A stretch of DNA of 64,000 nt from Callorhinchus milii. Its lineage: Eukaryota. How positions within the stretch are numbered: the first letter of the stretch is position 1; the number at the start of each line of letters is the position of its first letter. Shown here one piece after another: positions 58,663 to 64,000 of the stretch. The notes under the pieces were generated by a model. It had not been told where the DNA came from. It did not search any database and saw nothing but the letters and a program-made list of their open reading frames with translations. The DNA lies in assembly GCF_018977255.1 (NCBI RefSeq), contig NW_024704743.1, forward strand, positions 72,976,001 to 73,040,000, in the 5' to 3' direction. Both the position numbers and the translations under genes were made by a program.

Positions 58663-60189
58663 GATGCATCATCTTACATAAGATTTACATAGAATTTATA
58701 GAATAGAAACAGGCCATTTGGCTGAACGAGTTCATGCTCCATGAACTAGTTCGACCAAATGTTTATACGCCAACTAAGCTTTGAATACCAAGCTTTGAAT
58801 ACCTCCAGGAGCGTCAATATTAGATCACAACTTAGAAAGATCAGGATGATAGTAAGAGGAATCCGTGACTAGATTAATATTCTATATCCCTTGAATTGCT
58901 AAGGCTGCTTTCACCTTTCGAGCACTTCTGAACTGGTAAAGGTGCAGCATTTGGTCTCAGGTCTTGAGGGTCAGAAACAGTCAACTTAAGTCTACACTCC
59001 TCTTTATCCAGTGACCCCTGATGGAAGGTGCACATGCATTGCCACTGGGGAAAGCCAGTCAGGCTCAGCTACAACTTTCCTCATAGCTTGCAACCACATA
59101 TTTACAAAGCTCATACCTGGACAATTACGAGATACTAAATGATAACTGTGTTCCATGGAAAGGCCTAGGATGAGTCAATGGCTGGTGTCAAGGAGGGAAG
59201 AACATTGGGAATAGGGGAGGGGGGTGTGGTGGGAGGGGAAGAATTAAAAAGCAAATAATTTCATTCTGTACCTTGTTTGATGGAAAAATGTCACTGTTAA
59301 TGTTAATATTATCGATGCCAGCATTGTGACTCCGGCTGAATACAACAATATATCACTGTTCAAGATAGAAGAAATTGAATAACATCATTTGGGAAGCACA
59401 ACACAATGACTACTAGGCACAATAGTCATTACTTAGATATTCTTTTGCACGTTATCAGTACATGGTGAAATCCACATGTGGAAATATGACCCAAGTCAAT
59501 GGTTGCCTAATTCCCATTTGTTCTTTGCATAATTCATACTCTTCCTGTGATGTACAATGATGTAAGTTAGTTTTGTTATTGTTCCAAAATCATACTTTTT
59601 TTAATAATAAAACGGTCAAGGGTATTGTAAGCAAATGCCCTCTTCAGTGATTAGATTCAACCTAAGAAGACCTATTTCAGTCCAACACCCACTACCAGAC
59701 AGGTGACATCAAGCCTCATGTTGGGACTTCAAGCTCACATCGTCTAGGCTGGCAGTGCAGGTCACATCATTGAGACATCCAGATGAACAGGCAGCAATCT
59801 GGATGACGGTTAATAATGCAACAGTCGATGTTTTCAGTTGTTGGCTGACTGGCTTGGTCAATTTTAAGTTAATTACCATTAGTGATAATTAGCAAATCAT
59901 GGTCACAATTATCCCCTGAACTTGGCGGTTTTATAAAGAGGGTCTGGTACCATTAAAACTTCTAAAACCATTATTCCAGAATGTATTATGAATGGTAACT
60001 ATCTCTGTATGTTCTTTTCTATAATAAAGTCTTATCAAACTTCAACCTGATAATTCACTCTTTTGTCCTTTAACTAACTCTAAATTCCTTTTTTCCACCA
60101 CCCACTACCTCCTTCATGCGCCCCCTCAGGCCACTTCAATCTTCGTATCAAATGCCAAATACAAGGAGGGCATTATATAAATCCAAGTT

Positions 60190-60520
60190 ATTGTTGTTGT
60201 TGCTGTGATGGGAAGCCAGTGGAGTTGGGCGAGGATGGGGGTGATAGGGTCACGGAGCCTAATGCGGGAGAGGACACGGCCTGCAGAGTTCTGGATGATC
60301 TGCAGCCTGTGGAAAGAGGAGTCGGGGAGGCCGACAAGCAATGAGTTTGCATAGTTTAGCCTCGATGTAATGAAGGCTTGTATGAGGGTTTTGGCGGCCT
60401 GCGGTATGAGACAGTGTCGGAGCCGGGCAATGTTGCGGAGGTGGGGGAAGGCAGAGTGGGTCATGGAGCAGATGTGAGGTTGAAAGGATAGTTGAGGGTC
60501 AAACAAGACCCCAAGGTTCC
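60190..60520 (-). mobile_element. L2 fragment
   Basis: NLGVLFDPQLSF, AFITSRLNYANSLL, LHWLPI. Confidence 0.85.
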
Positions 60521-60730
60521 AGACTAAAGCTCTAGCCTCGCAAGCAAGAGGACCCGAGTTCGATTCCTGGGCAGGGCAAAACTGTAGGCATGTAATAATC
60601 ACCCCTCCCTCCAAAAAAAATTGGTCACTCAATCCACGATTGTTTTTGGGACACTACTGTGCGCAATTGGTTGCCTAGTCTTATCAACACAATACACAGT
60701 CAATGCACTTTACAGTATAATTTGTGAAGT

Positions 60731-61040
60731 GGAGTCCTGTAGCTCAGTAGTTAGAGCACTCGCCTTGCAAGCGAGACACCTGGGTTCAATTCCAGGCAGG
60801 GCGAAACCTTGGGCAAGTTTCCTCACTCCACACGCCTAATAATAATCCCTCCAAAACAATAATAAAATGGTCATTTTCAATCCACGATTGTTTGTGGGAC
60901 ACTGCTGTGCACAATTGGCTGCTGCGTTTCGCCCACAAATATATGGTCGATTCACTTTACAGTATATTCTGTGAAGCGCTTTGAGATGTTTTGAAGCCGT
61001 GATAAGTCGCCGTATCAAATGCAAGGATTATTATTATTAT
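60731..61040 (+). mobile_element. tRNA(Ala)-SINE nested in an older copy of the same family (about 60525-61100)
   Basis: AAGTG duplicated at 60727-60731 and 61041-61045. Confidence 0.88.
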
Positions 61041-61647
61041 AAGTGCTTTGAGACTTCTCAATGACATGATAAGGTGCTTTATCAAATGCAAGTATTCTTA
61101 TTCTTTTTTTTAATCCAAAGATAACAATAGGCTGGGTTTGAAAGTTAAATGTAAAAGCTGTATAAACAGAATAGTTTAATGGCCTCTGTATATTTCTGGG
61201 CATTACCAATGGAGTTTGATGCGGCGAAACAAAGGTGGAAAGTTAGACATTCCTTTGGTAAACATAGCGGAGGAGAAATTAGCAACAACAACAAATTGCA
61301 TTTGTATTGTGCCTTTCATGTCGGGAGGATGTCCCAAAGCACTGGGACAATGAAGGATATGCATCCTTTGGCTTTCACAAAATCATTTCACCTTCACATG
61401 AACTCATGGTCGTCTTATTCATTCCATGTATTCAATAGATATTACAAAGTGCAGTACAACCACTTTCCTTGTACTGTGCAACCTTTTTTAAAATTAGTTT
61501 CTGCATGCTTAAACTACATACAACAAAAATTACAACAACATATTCGTCTTTAAGTAAATGAATTCCCTTCTGTCCACATTACAATATTTATAGCATTTCT
61601 ATTCCTTTATTCTTTTCTACATTTATTTTATTTCTCCAATGCTCTCC

Positions 61648-63200
61648 TCAGCTTGGCTCAGCCTGGTAGCACTGTTGCCTCTGAATCAGAAGGTTGTGCA
61701 TTGAAGCCCCATGTCGAGAATTTGAATACTCAGTCAAGGCTGACACTCCAATACTCAGCTGGGGAAGCTCTGCATTGTCAGAGGTGTTATCCTTTGAATG
61801 AAACTTTAAACTGAGGAGATATTAAAGGGATTCATATCTTTACGGTATTAAAGGGACAGTGGCAGCATGGATACAGAACTAGCTGGTAGACAGAAAGAGG
61901 AGAATGGTGATGAATGGTTGTTTTTCTGAATGGTGGGAAGTGTGCAGTGGTGTCCTCCAGAGGTCAGTATTGGGACCACTGCTGCTTTTGATCTATATAA
62001 ATGACCTGGACTTGGGTATAGGGAGTACAATTTACAAGTTTGTAGATGATACTAAGCTAGGAAAAATAGTAAACAGTGTGGAGAATAGTAGCAGACTGCA
62101 AGAGCACAAAGACAGACTGGTAAAATGGGCAGACACATGGCAGATGAAGTTTAATGTGGAGAAATGCGAAGTGATGCATTTTGAGAGGAAGAATGAGGAG
62201 AGTGAATATAAGATAGATAGTGAAGGAACAGAGAGACCTGGGGGTTCATATAAGTAAATCTTTGAAGGTGGCAGAACAGGTAGATAAAGCCGTTAGAAAA
62301 GCATACTGGTTTTATAAATAGGGGCATAGAATACAAAAGTCAGGAAGTTATGATGCACTTTTATAAAACACTAGTTAGGCCTCAGCTCGAGTACTGTGTT
62401 CAGTTCTGGGCCCCACACTTTAGGAAGAATGTCAAGGCAGTGGAGAGGGTGCAAAGGAGATTTACCAGGATGGTACCAGGAATGAGGGACTTCAGTTATC
62501 GGGAGAGGCTAGAGAAACTAGGATTATTCCCCGTGGAGCAGAGAAGGTTAAGTGGAGACTTAATAGAAATTTTCAAAATTATGAGGGGAATCGATAGAGT
62601 GAACAAGGAGAAACTATTTCCACTGGTGGGTGGGTCGGTAACCTGAGGACACTGATTTAAAATAGCTGTTAAAAGAAACAGAGGGGAGGTGAGGAGATAT
62701 TTTTTCACACAGCGAGTTGTTTGGATCTGGAATGCATTGCCTGAAAGGGTGGTGGAAGCCGATTCGATAACAACTTTTAAGAGAGAAGTAGATAATTATT
62801 TGGGGAGCACAAGTTTGCAGGGCTCTGGAATTCGCGGAGGAGTGGGATTGATTTGGATAGCTCTTTTCAAAGAGCCGCACAGACATGACAGCTGAATGGC
62901 CTCCTTCTGTGCTGCATAATTCTAAGATTCTATGATTGAGGTCCTACCTGTCTGTTCAGGTGGTTGGTAAAGATTCTGTGACACCACTGAAAAAGAGAAG
63001 GTAGTTTCCCCTGGTGTCCTTACCAAGAACTCCCCAGATAAGAAAGAGCTGCTTCTGGAACATTGCTGGATATAAAATTGGCTGTGTTCTTGACACTTAC
63101 ACTTTACACTAAATCCTGTGAAAATTTTAAGACATCCTCATCACAAGCACAAGGGACTATATCATGTTCAAGACGCTGTATCAAATGCAAGGGATATTTT
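61648..63200 (+). mobile_element. Deu-domain SINE interrupted by a CR1 LINE fragment
   Basis: SINE 5' half at 61648-61816 and 3' half at 62937-63200; tgagg at both junctions. Confidence 0.7.
61885..62937 (+). mobile_element. CR1-clade LINE 3' fragment (degenerate RT)
   Basis: SVLGPLLLLIYINDL, KFVDDTKLG, WQMKFNVEKCEVMHF, LVRPQLEYCVQFWAP; attctatg-type tail. Confidence 0.92.
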
Positions 63201-64000
63201 TGTTTATCTTCCTCTCCTCAAAGTAACCACTTGCGCAGGATTCCATTAGTAGCAAGAGGTATCAGTGGTATCTTGTGCAGGAGTGAAAATGATAACTTTT
63301 AAATCCTAATGGAAACTGAGCTTTATCTAATTTAAGCAGTCACAAGAGCATTGAAGAGGCCAGCTTTAACTTTGTCAAAAAGCACAACAGATAATAATAG
63401 GTCTTCTGTAAAATATTATTCTTGAAGCTTTCCAGCAAAATGTAAGTTCAGTCTCTGCCAGGGTTGCTGTAGCCTTAGAAACCTGGCCTAAGAAATATGG
63501 TATCAGGCCATGGAATCCCAGGCATGTCCATTTTTTTTGGTCAGTGAGGTGTCTCTGACATATGAGGAAACCAATCATCAAACTTAAGAGCATCCAAACC
63601 AAATTGAGAGTTCCTCAAATGGATGACACGTGATACTTGGAGTTTTCTCTGCGACTGGAAGGAATGTGCATTCTCTCCCTAGTGGGAACAAACTCTGCTT
63701 ATTTATTTCCAGGCCTAGGTTGGTGAAAGCCGAGGCCTGAGGAATCCAAATTGTACATCAGGTACTTCTGGTATAATCTTGTTCTGCAAATATAATTGCT
63801 TTGACCATAACCAGGAATACAAAGTGAAGCGCTACTTCCAAGGATGGCTGTTTGTGGGGACATTGCTGTGCACAAATTGGCTCCACATTTTCTACAAAAA
63901 AAATACAGTCACTACATTTTACAGCAATTCCTATGAAGCACTTTGAGATGTCCTCCTGACATGAAAGGCACTATCAGCTGTAAGCGTTATGATTGCAATG

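Overview
Vertebrate nuclear DNA, most likely a cartilaginous fish (inferred from Deu-domain SINEs, tRNA-Ala SINEs with L2-type tails, and abundant L2/CR1 LINEs). I reconstructed two spliced genes exon by exon. DUS3L (+ strand) has 13 coding exons from 2177 to 13313 and encodes 720 aa. A sorcin/grancalcin-family penta-EF-hand gene, most like SRI (- strand), has 8 coding exons from 40009 to 19977 and encodes 203 aa. Between them lies an unidentified intronless 232-codon ORF (- strand, 14284-13586), tail-to-tail with DUS3L. I recognised no host exon from about 41.3 kb to 64 kb, which is dominated by nested SINE/LINE insertions. The most notable observations are the orphan ORF, a DUS3L splice acceptor formed by the 3' tail of an L2 LINE, a U12-type intron in the sorcin gene, and an array of 12 metal-response-element cores upstream of a Cys-enriched sorcin. 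Also of note are extreme purine/pyrimidine tracts around the sorcin first exon and a CTCF-like motif pair. Exon coordinates were read base by base; repeat boundaries are approximate.
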